48,420 nucleotides of DNA, from positions 12,498-60,917 of the forward strand of contig JBKBKV010000004.1 of assembly GCA_046294495.1 (NCBI GenBank), in the 5' to 3' direction. The notes beneath the pieces are model-generated. The model made no database searches. It saw only the letters and a program-made list of their open reading frames with translations, and was not told the DNA's origin. Made by a program: the position numbers and the translations under genes. Below are positions 9,499 to 17,973 of this stretch, piece by piece. Source of the stretch: Dehalococcoidia bacterium (GTDB lineage: Bacteria > Chloroflexota > Dehalococcoidia > Lucifugimonadales > HRBIN23). Each line of letters opens with the position of its first letter. Position 1 is the stretch's first letter.

Positions 9499-10355
9499 CG
9501 GGCTACTTCTATGTCCATGCTGATGTCCAAGGCTTTAGCGGAGTGGGTCAAGGAGCCTGAGGAGATGATATCCACCCCTGTCTCCGCCACAGCCCGCACC
9601 GTGTCCAGGGTAATGCCTCCCGATGCCTCCAGTAAGGCCTTTCCCCCGGCCAAGGCCACCGCCTGGCGCATCTCCTCCAGGGTCATGTTGTCTAGGAGGA
9701 TGAGGTCTGCCCCAGCCTCCAGGGCCTGGCGCACCTCGTCCAGGGAAGTTACCTCTACTTCCACCCGCAGGGTGTGGGGGGCATTCCGGCGCGCCCGCTG
9801 GACAGCGTCCCGCAGGGTGAAGCCCTGGGCACGCATGGCCTCCAGGTGGTTATCTTTGATAAGAACGCCATCCCCCAGGTTCACGCGGTGGTTGCGCCCC
9901 CCACCGATGCGCACCGCATACTTCTCCAGCAGGCGCAGGCCGGGGATGGTCTTGCGCGTGTCCACGATACACGCCTTGGTGCCCCGGACGGCGTCCACAA
10001 ACTGGGCCGTTCCTGTGGCGATGCCGCTAAGGTGCTGCAGAAAGTTAAGGGCGGTGCGCTCGCCTTTGAGAAGAGAGGCTACTGGCCCCCAGATTTCCAG
10101 TATCCTGGTGCCGGGACGCAAACGCTCCCCATCCCACGCCCGAATTTCCCCCCGCACCGATGGGTCTATCTGGCGGAAGACGGCCATGGCCACCTCTACC
10201 CCGCACAAGACACCCTCTTTCTTCGCAAAGATTATGCCCTTGCCCTGCAGGTCAGGGGGAATAAGGCAATCGGTGGTGGGGTCGCCCAGGCACAAGTCCT
10301 CCTGCACGGCGCGGCGGATAAGGTCTTGCACTTCAGGGAGACCAAGAAGCCACAC
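9495..10355 (-). CDS. nadC: Nicotinate-nucleotide pyrophosphorylase (carboxylating)
   Basis: ERTALNFLQHLSGIAT, DTRKTIPGLR, IKDNH, LLDNM, EASGGI; GTG start 10355 after SD AAGGGG. Confidence 0.96.
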   Translation of the reverse strand: MWLLGLPEVQDLIRRAVQEDLCLGDPTTDCLIPPDLQGKGIIFAKKEGVLCGVEVAMAVFRQIDPSVRGEIRAWDGERLRPGTRILEIWGPVASLLKGERTALNFLQHLSGIATGTAQFVDAVRGTKACIVDTRKTIPGLRLLEKYAVRIGGGRNHRVNLGDGVLIKDNHLEAMRAQGFTLRDAVQRARRNAPHTLRVEVEVTSLDEVRQALEAGADLILLDNMTLEEMRQAVALAGGKALLEASGGITLDTVRAVAETGVDIISSGSLTHSAKALDISMDIEVAR

Positions 10356-10366
10356 GGCGCACCCCC

Positions 10367-11914
10367 TTACCGATGGAGGACCTGGTGCTTCTGCCATTCA
10401 GGAACAGGGTCGGGGAAGTCGGTGCGGTAGTGGGCGCCCCGGGACTCGGTGCGACGCAGGGCCGCCTCGGCCATCAGCCGTCCAACCACCACCATATTGG
10501 CCAGTTCCTGGCTGAAACGCTCCGTCGCTTCAGGCACCGTGCGTTCCCAGGTGGCCAGCACTCGGCAGGCGTAAAGAAGCCCCTCCCCGTCTCGCACCAG
10601 GCCTACCTTCTGCCACATTAGGTCTTGCAAGTTGAGTAGTGTCGGCCTAGGAACATCGGCGCAGGGCACCTCCCGAGGCTCAAGGCGATACACCGCTTCG
10701 GGGCGGTGGTGGGGAGGCTCCCCTTTCCCTTCACCCAGGGTGCGCCGAACCACACGGTGTGAGAACACCACTGTTTCCAGCAAGGAGTTGCTGGCCAGGC
10801 GGTTGGCCCCGTGCACGCCCACACAAGCACACTCCCCACAGGCGTAGAGGTTTGGGATACTGGTCTGCCCCCATAGGTCGGTCTTCACCCCACCCATCAT
10901 ATAGTGAGCCGCGGGCGCTACCGGGATGGGCTGTTTCGTAATGTCCAGGCCATACTGGAGGCATGTGCGGTAGATGGTGGGGAAACGGGAGGTGACGCGT
11001 TGGGCGGGCAGGTGTGTTATGTCAAGCAACACATAGGGGGAGCCTGCCTTCTGCATCTCCGCCAGGATAGCCCTTGCCACCACATCCCGGGGAGCCAGAT
11101 CGCTCAAGGGGTGGTAGTCTTGCATAAAGGGGCGCCCATCGGGGGCGCAGAGCCTACCCCCCTCCCCACGCACCGCCTCGGAGATAAGGAAGGGGGGAGC
11201 ACCCGGCAGGCGCAAAGCCGTGGGATGGAACTGGAAGAACTCCATATCCATCACCTGGGCGCCAGCGCGGAAGGCCAAGGCCACCCCATCGCCAGTGGCC
11301 ACCTCGGGGTTGGTGGTGTAGCGGAAGAGGCGTCCTGCTCCACCCGTTGCCAGGACGATGTGCTTGCCCCGGTATTCGTGGCGCACCCCGGTGCGTGAGT
11401 CCATCACCTCCACACCCACTGCATTACCACTATCTTCATCTACCAGGATGCGCGTAACCATGCTTTGCTCTAGGATATGCACCTGATGGCCCCGCACCGA
11501 GCCCACCAGGGTCATCTCCATATAAGCACCCGTGGCGTCGCCCCCAGCGTGAAGGACGCGGGCGCGGGTGTGGGCACCCTCTCTGGCCAAAGCGATCTCC
11601 CCGTGGAGGGTATCAAAAGCCACTCCAAGTCGAATCAGGTCCGCAATGCGCTGGGGGCCTTCTGTAACCAGGACCCGCACCGCCTCCGGGTCGCATAACC
11701 CTGCCCCGGCCCGAAGGGTGTCCTCCATATGCACCTCTGGGGAGTCGTCTGGCCCAACGGCGGCGGCGATGCCTCCCTGCGCCCAGCGGCTGTTGTTGTC
11801 CTCCAGGTTGCCCTTGGTTATCAGGAGCACCGTGCCGTGCTCCCGTGCGTGGATAGTGGTGAACAGCCCAGCGATACCGCTTCCGACCACGATGTAGTCG
11901 AAGGTATAAGGCAC
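10367..11914 (-). CDS. nadB: L-aspartate oxidase
   Basis: GSGIAGL FAD motif, WAQGGIAA, EFFQFHPT, AAHYMMGG, VHGANRLASNSLLE, ESRGAHYR. Confidence 0.96.
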   Translation of the reverse strand: MPYTFDYIVVGSGIAGLFTTIHAREHGTVLLITKGNLEDNNSRWAQGGIAAAVGPDDSPEVHMEDTLRAGAGLCDPEAVRVLVTEGPQRIADLIRLGVAFDTLHGEIALAREGAHTRARVLHAGGDATGAYMEMTLVGSVRGHQVHILEQSMVTRILVDEDSGNAVGVEVMDSRTGVRHEYRGKHIVLATGGAGRLFRYTTNPEVATGDGVALAFRAGAQVMDMEFFQFHPTALRLPGAPPFLISEAVRGEGGRLCAPDGRPFMQDYHPLSDLAPRDVVARAILAEMQKAGSPYVLLDITHLPAQRVTSRFPTIYRTCLQYGLDITKQPIPVAPAAHYMMGGVKTDLWGQTSIPNLYACGECACVGVHGANRLASNSLLETVVFSHRVVRRTLGEGKGEPPHHRPEAVYRLEPREVPCADVPRPTLLNLQDLMWQKVGLVRDGEGLLYACRVLATWERTVPEATERFSQELANMVVVGRLMAEAALRRTESRGAHYRTDFPDPVPEWQKHQVLHR

Positions 11915-11948
11915 TAGAGCACCCTTTCGGCCGCTGCTGACGGCTAAC

Positions 11949-12481
11949 CTACGGATGAACGCCCACTTGGCCAGTTACACGGTTCATATAGTTGAAATAA
12001 GCTGTAACCAGCGCTATATGCAACACATCGCTATCTGTGAAGCCCACACCCCCCAGGGTGTCCACATCGCCCTGCCCTGCCCCCCAAGGGCGGGTAGTCA
12101 GTTTGGCGGCTAAGTCCAGCATAGCACGGTGGCGCTGGGATAGTTCCAGGGTGGTATAGTCGGCCTTTAGCCCCTCTACCAGGCGGTCATCGTTGGTGGG
12201 CCTGCGGAGAACCTCCCGTGGCGCGCCTTTCACCACTCGCATCAGTTGATGGTGGACACCACCACAGACACCATCTCTCGCTCTGGTCGTGTCAGGCTAG
12301 AGCCTTGCCCAAACATAATGGCCCGGTTCAGGCTGGCTACGGCGCCCATAGCCTCCTGTAGCAGGCCCAAAATCTTCATAGCCATGCTTACCCTGCACGT
12401 CTGTGGGTCTTTGATGCGCTCGCCGACCTCTTTGGTGAGCCCTTGCGCTTCCCCCACGTCCACTATGCGCATATAAGGCAT
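11949..12481 (-). pseudogene. AhpD/CMD-like peroxidase-related selenoprotein (CxxU), interrupted by an extra TGA and a 1-nt frameshift
   Basis: In-frame read SLTRPEREMVSVVVSTIN-*-C-E-W-*-KARHG, then -1 frame EVLRR...AMLDLAAKLT..PW...GFTDSDVLHIALVTAYFNYMNRV; matches peroxidase-related AhpD architecture. Confidence 0.75.
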
Positions 12482-12540
12482 CGGCCCCTCCTTATCCTGT
12501 GCTCTCATTTGGATGCGGAAGCGCTACTTTAGGGTGCGGG

Positions 12541-13749
12541 CTACACCACCTGAAGCATCTTGTCCAGAGCCACTTTGGCCCAGTGGGCGATATGTGGTGG
12601 GACGAGGATTTCGTTGACCACTTCCCCTTGAAGAAGGGCATCCGTTACCCACAGCAAGTAGGCGGGATGAATGCGATACATGGTGGAGCAGGGGCAGATG
12701 ATGGGGTCGAGGCAGAAGACCGTCTTGTCGGGGTTCTCTTTGGCGATACGGGTAACCAGGTTGATTTCCGTGCCCACACCCCACACAGTGCCCGGCGGCG
12801 CCGAGGAGATGGTTTTCACAATGTATTCTGTGGAGCCTACATAGTCCGCTATCTGCACCACCTCCATAACGCACTCAGGATGCACAATAATTTTGATATC
12901 AGGATACTTGGCGCGGGCCTGACGGATTTGCTCCACGGTGAAGCGGGTGTGAACCGAGCAATGCCCTTTCCACAGGATGAGTTTTGCACTGCGCAGTTGG
13001 TCTGGTGTTAGCCCCCCCAAGGGCTTAAAGGGGTTCCATAGCACCATATCCTGAAGGGATAGGCCAAACTTCAGGCCGACATTGCGCCCCAGGTGCTGGT
13101 CGGGGACGAAGAGCATGCGGGGGGCCTGGGCATAGGCCCATTTGAAGACCGGCAGAGCGTTGGAGGATGTGCACACGATACCCCCGTGCTCCCCACACAG
13201 GGCCTTAATGGCGGCGGTGGAGTTCATGTAGGTAACAGGGAGCACCTGCCCCGGCCCCAGAACCTCCTGGAGTTGCTGCCAGCAGTCGTAGACATCCTCG
13301 GTGGGGGCCATATCGGCCATACTGCACCCGGCCATCATGTTAGGGAGGATGACTCTCTGACGGGGCTGGCAAAGGATACGCGCCGTCTCAGCCATAAAGT
13401 GCACGCCGCAGAAGATGATGAACTCGGCCTCCTCCTGCTGAGCGGCCAGTTGGGAGAGTTTGAAGGAGTCGCCCCGAAAATCAGCAAACTGAATGATGTC
13501 GGGGCGCTGGTAGTGGTGGCCCAGGATAACCACCCGCTTGCCCAAAAGGCGGCGGTTCTCTCGGATGCGCTCTACCAGTTCGTCGGCCGTCATACCCACA
13601 TATTGGGGTGGGAGGCGTTGCCAGCGCACACCCGCCTTCAACTCCTCCTTCAGAGGGAGGGTCTTCAACTCCCCTGTTTGGCAGAAAGCCGATTGCTCCA
13701 GTTCAGTCAGGGGGACCCTGGGAGCCTTGACCCTTACCTCAACAGTCAT
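12541..13749 (-). CDS. nadA: Quinolinate synthase
   Basis: ILGHHYQ, FCGVHFMAET, AGCSMADM, YMNS, GHCSVH, HPEC, CSTM Fe-S cysteine motifs. Confidence 0.96.
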   Translation of the reverse strand: MTVEVRVKAPRVPLTELEQSAFCQTGELKTLPLKEELKAGVRWQRLPPQYVGMTADELVERIRENRRLLGKRVVILGHHYQRPDIIQFADFRGDSFKLSQLAAQQEEAEFIIFCGVHFMAETARILCQPRQRVILPNMMAGCSMADMAPTEDVYDCWQQLQEVLGPGQVLPVTYMNSTAAIKALCGEHGGIVCTSSNALPVFKWAYAQAPRMLFVPDQHLGRNVGLKFGLSLQDMVLWNPFKPLGGLTPDQLRSAKLILWKGHCSVHTRFTVEQIRQARAKYPDIKIIVHPECVMEVVQIADYVGSTEYIVKTISSAPPGTVWGVGTEINLVTRIAKENPDKTVFCLDPIICPCSTMYRIHPAYLLWVTDALLQGEVVNEILVPPHIAHWAKVALDKMLQVV

Positions 13750-13761
13750 TGCCTACCCCCT

Positions 13762-15126
13762 TCACCGTCCAGCACCCAGAGGCTCCCCCTGGAGCGCCCA
13801 GGGGCTGGTCTTAGTAATCCGCACATCTACCAGTTTCCCCATATAGTCTTGTTCACCATCGGAGAAGAAGACCAACTTGTCTGTCCCTGTCCGCCCTCGC
13901 CACTTCCCCCGCTCCCGCCCGTCCACCAGCACCTCCACCGTTTTCCCCAGGTAGTGGGCGTTGATTTCAGCGGCGATACGCCCCTGGAGGTGCTCCACCT
14001 CTTGCACACGGCGGCGTTTCTCCTCCGCTGGCACATCGTCCTCCATCTTGCGGCTGGCGATGGTGCCTGGGCGCGTGGAGTAGGGGGCTATATGCACCTT
14101 GTCAAAGCGCACCTCGCGAAGCAGGTCCAAAGTGCGCTGGAACTGGGCCTCCGTCTCCCCGCAGAAGCCTACGATGACATCAGTGGAGAGGGCCACATGG
14201 GGTATAACGGAGCGGATGCGTTCAATGAGGCGCAGGTAGTCATCACGAGTATAGCCCCGGTGCATACGCCTAAGCACCTCGTCATCCCCCGCCTGGACAG
14301 GTATGTTGATGTGCTTGCATACCTTGTCCAGACGGGCCACTGCCTGGATAATCCGCTCGCTCATGTCGGCGGGATGGGAGGTGAGGAAGCGAATGCGCTC
14401 CACGCCTGGGATAGCGTGCACAGCGTCCAGCAAGTCAGCCAGGTCGGGCCTTCCTGGCAGGTCGTGGCCGTAGCGGTCTACAATCTGCCCAAGGAGCACA
14501 ACCTCCCGCACGCCCCGCTGGGCCAGCAGGCGCACCTCCTGCACCACCTCCTCCAGGGGGCGGCTTACCTCACGCCCGCGCCGATAGGGGATGATGCAGA
14601 AGGTGCACATACGGTCGCACCCGTGGATAACAGGGATGTAGGCACTTATGCCAGGGCGCTGGGGGATGAAGGACGAGAGGCACCCCTCCCAGTTGATACC
14701 CAGACGCTGGCTGACAAGGTCCAGGATAGGCTTATACTCCTGGGGGCGGGCGAAGACATCCACATAGGGGAACCGTTGGCGCAAGCCGTCATGCCTCTGG
14801 CCTACCATACAGCCCATCAGGACGATGATGCGGTGAGGGTAGCGCTCCTTGAGGGGCTTTACCAGGCCTAGGGTGCCCACCACCTTCTCCTCGGCGCTCT
14901 GGCGCACCACGCACGAGTTGAGGACAAGCACATCTGCCTGGCGAAAGTCTGGCGCTTCCTCCAGCCCCAGTTGGAGCAGGGCGCTAGCCAGGCGCTCCGA
15001 ATCGGATTTGTTCATCTGGCAACCAATGGTCCAGATGGCAAAGGTGCGGGGAAGCCCTGCGGGCCTCCCGTCGCGAGTTTCAGGTGTGGAGGTATCTCCC
15101 ACCCAGTGCGTGGTGCCGTTCTGCAT
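13762..15126 (-). CDS. miaB: tRNA-2-methylthio-N6-dimethylallyladenosine synthase
   Basis: TIGCQMNKSDSE, NSCVVRQSAE, radical SAM GCDRMCTFC, C-terminal TRAM domain. Confidence 0.95.
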   Translation of the reverse strand: MQNGTTHWVGDTSTPETRDGRPAGLPRTFAIWTIGCQMNKSDSERLASALLQLGLEEAPDFRQADVLVLNSCVVRQSAEEKVVGTLGLVKPLKERYPHRIIVLMGCMVGQRHDGLRQRFPYVDVFARPQEYKPILDLVSQRLGINWEGCLSSFIPQRPGISAYIPVIHGCDRMCTFCIIPYRRGREVSRPLEEVVQEVRLLAQRGVREVVLLGQIVDRYGHDLPGRPDLADLLDAVHAIPGVERIRFLTSHPADMSERIIQAVARLDKVCKHINIPVQAGDDEVLRRMHRGYTRDDYLRLIERIRSVIPHVALSTDVIVGFCGETEAQFQRTLDLLREVRFDKVHIAPYSTRPGTIASRKMEDDVPAEEKRRRVQEVEHLQGRIAAEINAHYLGKTVEVLVDGRERGKWRGRTGTDKLVFFSDGEQDYMGKLVDVRITKTSPWALQGEPLGAGR

Positions 15127-15152
15127 AACTGCCTACTGAGGCTGAGGGGTGG

Positions 15153-15245
15153 TGGCGGAGGGAACGGGATTCGAACCCGTGAGGGGCCTTTTGGGCCCCC
15201 AAGCGCTTAGCAGGCGCCCGCACTAGACCACTATGCGATCCCTCC
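15153..15245 (-). tRNA. tRNA-Ser(GCT)
   Basis: Acceptor GGAGGGA/TCCCTCC, G73, anticodon arm GGCGC-CTGCTAA-GCGCT, long variable arm GGGGCC-CAAAA-GGCCCC, CCA. Confidence 0.97.
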
Positions 15246-15254
15246 ACTACAGCC

Positions 15255-15283
15255 AGCATAGCAGGGACCGAGCACCCTGGCAA
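15255..15283 (-). promoter_or_regulatory. sigma70 promoter of tRNA-Ser (possibly reading into miaB-nad)
   Basis: Minus strand TTGCCA-17 bp-TATGCT with extended -10 TG. Confidence 0.65.
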
Positions 15284-15402
15284 TCCCGATTTCGTAGGCA
15301 ATTTCGTATCTGGGATGGTGCGGTCTTTCACAATGGCCCCCTCCACCTTCACTGCAGGGTGCACGGCCGCGCTTACCGGTGGATGTAAGGGGGTTACGCC
15401 AC

Positions 15403-15432
15403 TTGACGAGCCCCCAGCCCTTGCCCTATGCT
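15403..15432 (+). promoter_or_regulatory. sigma70 promoter of tRNA-Gly
   Basis: TTGACG-18 bp-TATGCT, 11 bp upstream of the tRNA. Confidence 0.6.
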
Positions 15433-15443
15433 AACTGTAGCGA

Positions 15444-15518
15444 GCGGAAGTAGTTCAGGGGTAGAACGCCTCCTTGCCAAGGAGGAGGTCGGGGGTTCAA
15501 AGCCCCTCTTCCGCTCCA
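15444..15518 (+). tRNA. tRNA-Gly(GCC)
   Basis: Acceptor GCGGAAG/CTTCCGC, U73, anticodon arm CCTCC-TTGCCAA-GGAGG, T-loop TTCAAAG, CCA. Confidence 0.96.
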
Positions 15519-15574
15519 TTTTTTCTTTTTTCCCTTGAAACGGGGGCTATGGAGGCGTGCCCGGGGCTTCCCGG

Positions 15575-15970
15575 CTAGGCTGATGGGGTTGAGGGGCGGA
15601 AGCCGTTGCGCTTGATACGCTCTACAGCCTCCACCACGCGATAAAGTTCCCGGTCATCGGGGTCAACCTGGCGATAAGGTTTTACCCATACCCCTGAATA
15701 CTTCTGCACCAGGAACTCGTCATCGTCCACCACCATATCTGGCCGAATAGGGCAGTCAGAGTCCTTATCCAGGCAGTCGGTAACCCAGGGGGCAAGGCCA
15801 AATGTGTGCACTACCCGTTCGGCGTGGGAACGGCCCGTCGCTGTCCACACATAGATATCGCACCCCTGGCCCTTCAGGAGGCGGAACACCTCTTCCGCCC
15901 CCGGGCGCAAGGCCCACCGGCTTCCATCGGCGAAGAGAAGGGTAAGGTCTACATCAAAGAAGACCTTCAT
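15575..15970 (-). CDS. Small capless HAD-superfamily phosphatase (NIF/FCP1-like)
   Basis: Motif I FFDVDLTL, LRPGAEE, motif II YVWT, motif IV MVVDDD. Confidence 0.75.
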   Translation of the reverse strand: MKVFFDVDLTLLFADGSRWALRPGAEEVFRLLKGQGCDIYVWTATGRSHAERVVHTFGLAPWVTDCLDKDSDCPIRPDMVVDDDEFLVQKYSGVWVKPYRQVDPDDRELYRVVEAVERIKRNGFRPSTPSA

Positions 15971-16022
15971 ACCCTATATCCCCCCTGTGTCCGAAAGTTA
16001 TGTGCAGTTTGGCACACCGCTG

Positions 16023-16051
16023 TAGACAAACTTACCCCCACACGCTATCAT
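16023..16051 (+). promoter_or_regulatory. sigma70 promoter of the trmI-HD-GNAT operon
   Basis: TAGACA-17 bp-TATCAT. Confidence 0.55.
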
Positions 16052-16070
16052 AACACAAGGGGCGGGTGCT

Positions 16071-16934
16071 TTGGAAAGCGAAGGTAGTGCGTCCGAGGGG
16101 CCTGTGTTCCGCCCAGGAGACCAGGTGCTCCTGGTTGATAGGAAGGGCCGTCGTTACCTTTTCGTCCTGCGCCCTGGGCACGCTTTCCACACCCATCTGG
16201 GTGTCCTGCCCCACGATGACATCTTAGCCCAGGCCCCTGGCACCCGTATCTCCGCGGAGGGGCACCGCTTCCTGGCCTTGCGCCCCACCCTGGCCGACTT
16301 CATCCAAGAATTGCCTAGGGTTACCCAAGTTATCTACCCCAAAGACCTGGGTGCTATTCTGATCTATGGCGACATCTTCCCTGGGGCGCGTGTGCTGGAA
16401 GCGGGCATGGGGTCAGGGGCGCTCACCCTGGCCCTGCTGCGGGCCGTTGGGCCTTCGGGACGGGTCTACTCCTACGAGGTGCGGCGAGAATACATCCCCA
16501 AGGCTTTGCAAAACATCCACGCTATCTTCCCAGAGCCTGAAAACCTGGTTGTCCGCGAGGCGGATGTTTACCAGGGCATCCTGGAAAGGGACCTGGACCG
16601 CATAGTCCTGGATGTGCCGGAGCCATGGCGGGCCATCTCCCACGCCGCCTCGGCACTGGTGCCAGGGGGCATTTTGCTCTGTTGGCTACCCACGGTGCTA
16701 CAGGTGCACCGCCTGGTTATGGCCCTGGATGCTCACCCAGAGTTTGACCTGGTGGAGTCCTTTGAGATGCTTCAGCGCCCGTGGCACTTCTCCCCTATGA
16801 GCGCACGCCCCGCCCACCGTATGGTAGCCCACACCGGCTTTATCACCACCGCCCGCCGGTGCGCGCCCGGTAAGCCCCCACGCCCCCAGAAGGCCCCCAG
16901 TGAACAGGAGGGAGAGGAACATGAACCGCAGTGA
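16071..16934 (+). CDS. trmI: tRNA (adenine58-N1)-methyltransferase
   Basis: RPTL..F..LPRVTQVIYPKD, SAM motif LEAGMGSGALT, LDVPEPW, RMVAHTGF; TTG start uncertain. Confidence 0.93.
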   Translation: MESEGSASEGPVFRPGDQVLLVDRKGRRYLFVLRPGHAFHTHLGVLPHDDILAQAPGTRISAEGHRFLALRPTLADFIQELPRVTQVIYPKDLGAILIYGDIFPGARVLEAGMGSGALTLALLRAVGPSGRVYSYEVRREYIPKALQNIHAIFPEPENLVVREADVYQGILERDLDRIVLDVPEPWRAISHAASALVPGGILLCWLPTVLQVHRLVMALDAHPEFDLVESFEMLQRPWHFSPMSARPAHRMVAHTGFITTARRCAPGKPPRPQKAPSEQEGEEHEPQ

Positions 16935-17478
16935 AGCCCTGGCCATTGTCAACGAGTTTGTGAAGACCGACAGCCTACGCAAGCACCTGCTTTCGGTAGA
17001 GGCGGCTATGCGTGCCTATGCCCGCAAGTATGGAGAGGACGAGGAGACCTGGGGTGTGGCGGGCTTACTCCACGACTTTGACTGGGAGATTTGCCCTACC
17101 CCAGATCAGCACCCAGCCTACGGCGCCAATATCCTGCGCCAGCGAGGGGTGCCAGAGCAGATCGTGCGGGCTGTCCTCACCCACGGCGACCACACTGGAA
17201 TACCCAGGGAGAGCCGCATGGAGAAGGCCCTCTTCGCTGTGGATGAACTGTGCGGTTTCCTCATCGCCGTGGCTCTGGTGCGCCCTACCAGAAGCCTGGC
17301 GGATATAACCCCCCAGTCCGTCCGACGAAAGATGAAGGACAAGGCCTTTGCCCGCAATGTGCGACGAGAGGACATCCTTAAAGGTGCAGAGGAATTGGGT
17401 GTAGACCTAGATGAGCATATCACCTTCGTTGCCCAGGCTCTTCAGCCTGTGGCCACCAGCCTGGGGCTAAACCCGTGA
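16921..17478 (+). CDS. HD/HDIG domain metal-dependent hydrolase
   Basis: LRKHLLSVEAAM, GLLHDFD, AVDELCGF, KDKAFA; SD GAGG before ATG 16921. Confidence 0.88.
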   Translation: MNRSEALAIVNEFVKTDSLRKHLLSVEAAMRAYARKYGEDEETWGVAGLLHDFDWEICPTPDQHPAYGANILRQRGVPEQIVRAVLTHGDHTGIPRESRMEKALFAVDELCGFLIAVALVRPTRSLADITPQSVRRKMKDKAFARNVRREDILKGAEELGVDLDEHITFVAQALQPVATSLGLNP

Positions 17479-17494
17479 GCGGAAGGAGGGCAAG

Positions 17495-17965
17495 ATGTTC
17501 CGTTGCGCAACATTAGAGGACTTACCTCGCCTCGTGGCCCTGGAAAGGGAGGGTTTCCCTCCCGAGGAGGCCTTCTCCGAAGGGCGACTGCGCTACCTGC
17601 TGACCCGCGCCCAGGGCAAGGTGGTGGTAGCCGAGGAGAACGGCGATATATTGGGCTTTATCGCGCTCCTCTGGCGCTATCGCTCCAAGATAGGGCGGAT
17701 TTACGATATCGTGGTCTCCCCAAAGGCGCGGGGGCGGGGAATCGGCACTGCCCTAGTTCAGGAGGCTGAGCGCATCGCCCGCAAGCGGGGGCTTGCCTCT
17801 ATCGCCCTAGAGGTCAAGGCCAGTAACCGGGACGCCCGTTGCCTGTATGAGCACTGCGGGTATATCCCAGTCCTTGACCTGCCCAACTACTACGGGGAGG
17901 GGGTGCACGCTGTCCGCTATCGCAAGACCCTGGACACTAGCGCGGCCACAGCCAAGGCCGGCTAG
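17495..17965 (+). CDS. RimI-like GNAT N-acetyltransferase
   Basis: Acetyl-CoA motif ARGRGIGTAL, LEVKASN..A..LYE..GY, NYY; SD AAGGAGG. Confidence 0.85.
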   Translation: MFRCATLEDLPRLVALEREGFPPEEAFSEGRLRYLLTRAQGKVVVAEENGDILGFIALLWRYRSKIGRIYDIVVSPKARGRGIGTALVQEAERIARKRGLASIALEVKASNRDARCLYEHCGYIPVLDLPNYYGEGVHAVRYRKTLDTSAATAKAG

Positions 17966-17973
17966 CACACCCT

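Noticed and set aside
373-14871. Long antisense ORFs such as 373-1296, 9511-10515 and 13093-14871 (592 aa)
   Set aside because: Shadow frames opposite well-supported genes; expected in high-GC DNA and lacking motifs
15150-15155. Genomic CCACCA at the 3' end of tRNA-Ser
   Set aside because: The CCACCA decay tag is added post-transcriptionally to unstable tRNAs; this acceptor stem is perfect, so the trailer is likely coincidence
15519-15572. T-run plus hairpins after tRNA-Gly as an intrinsic terminator
   Set aside because: The T-run precedes rather than follows the stem on the plus strand; direction and function cannot be supported
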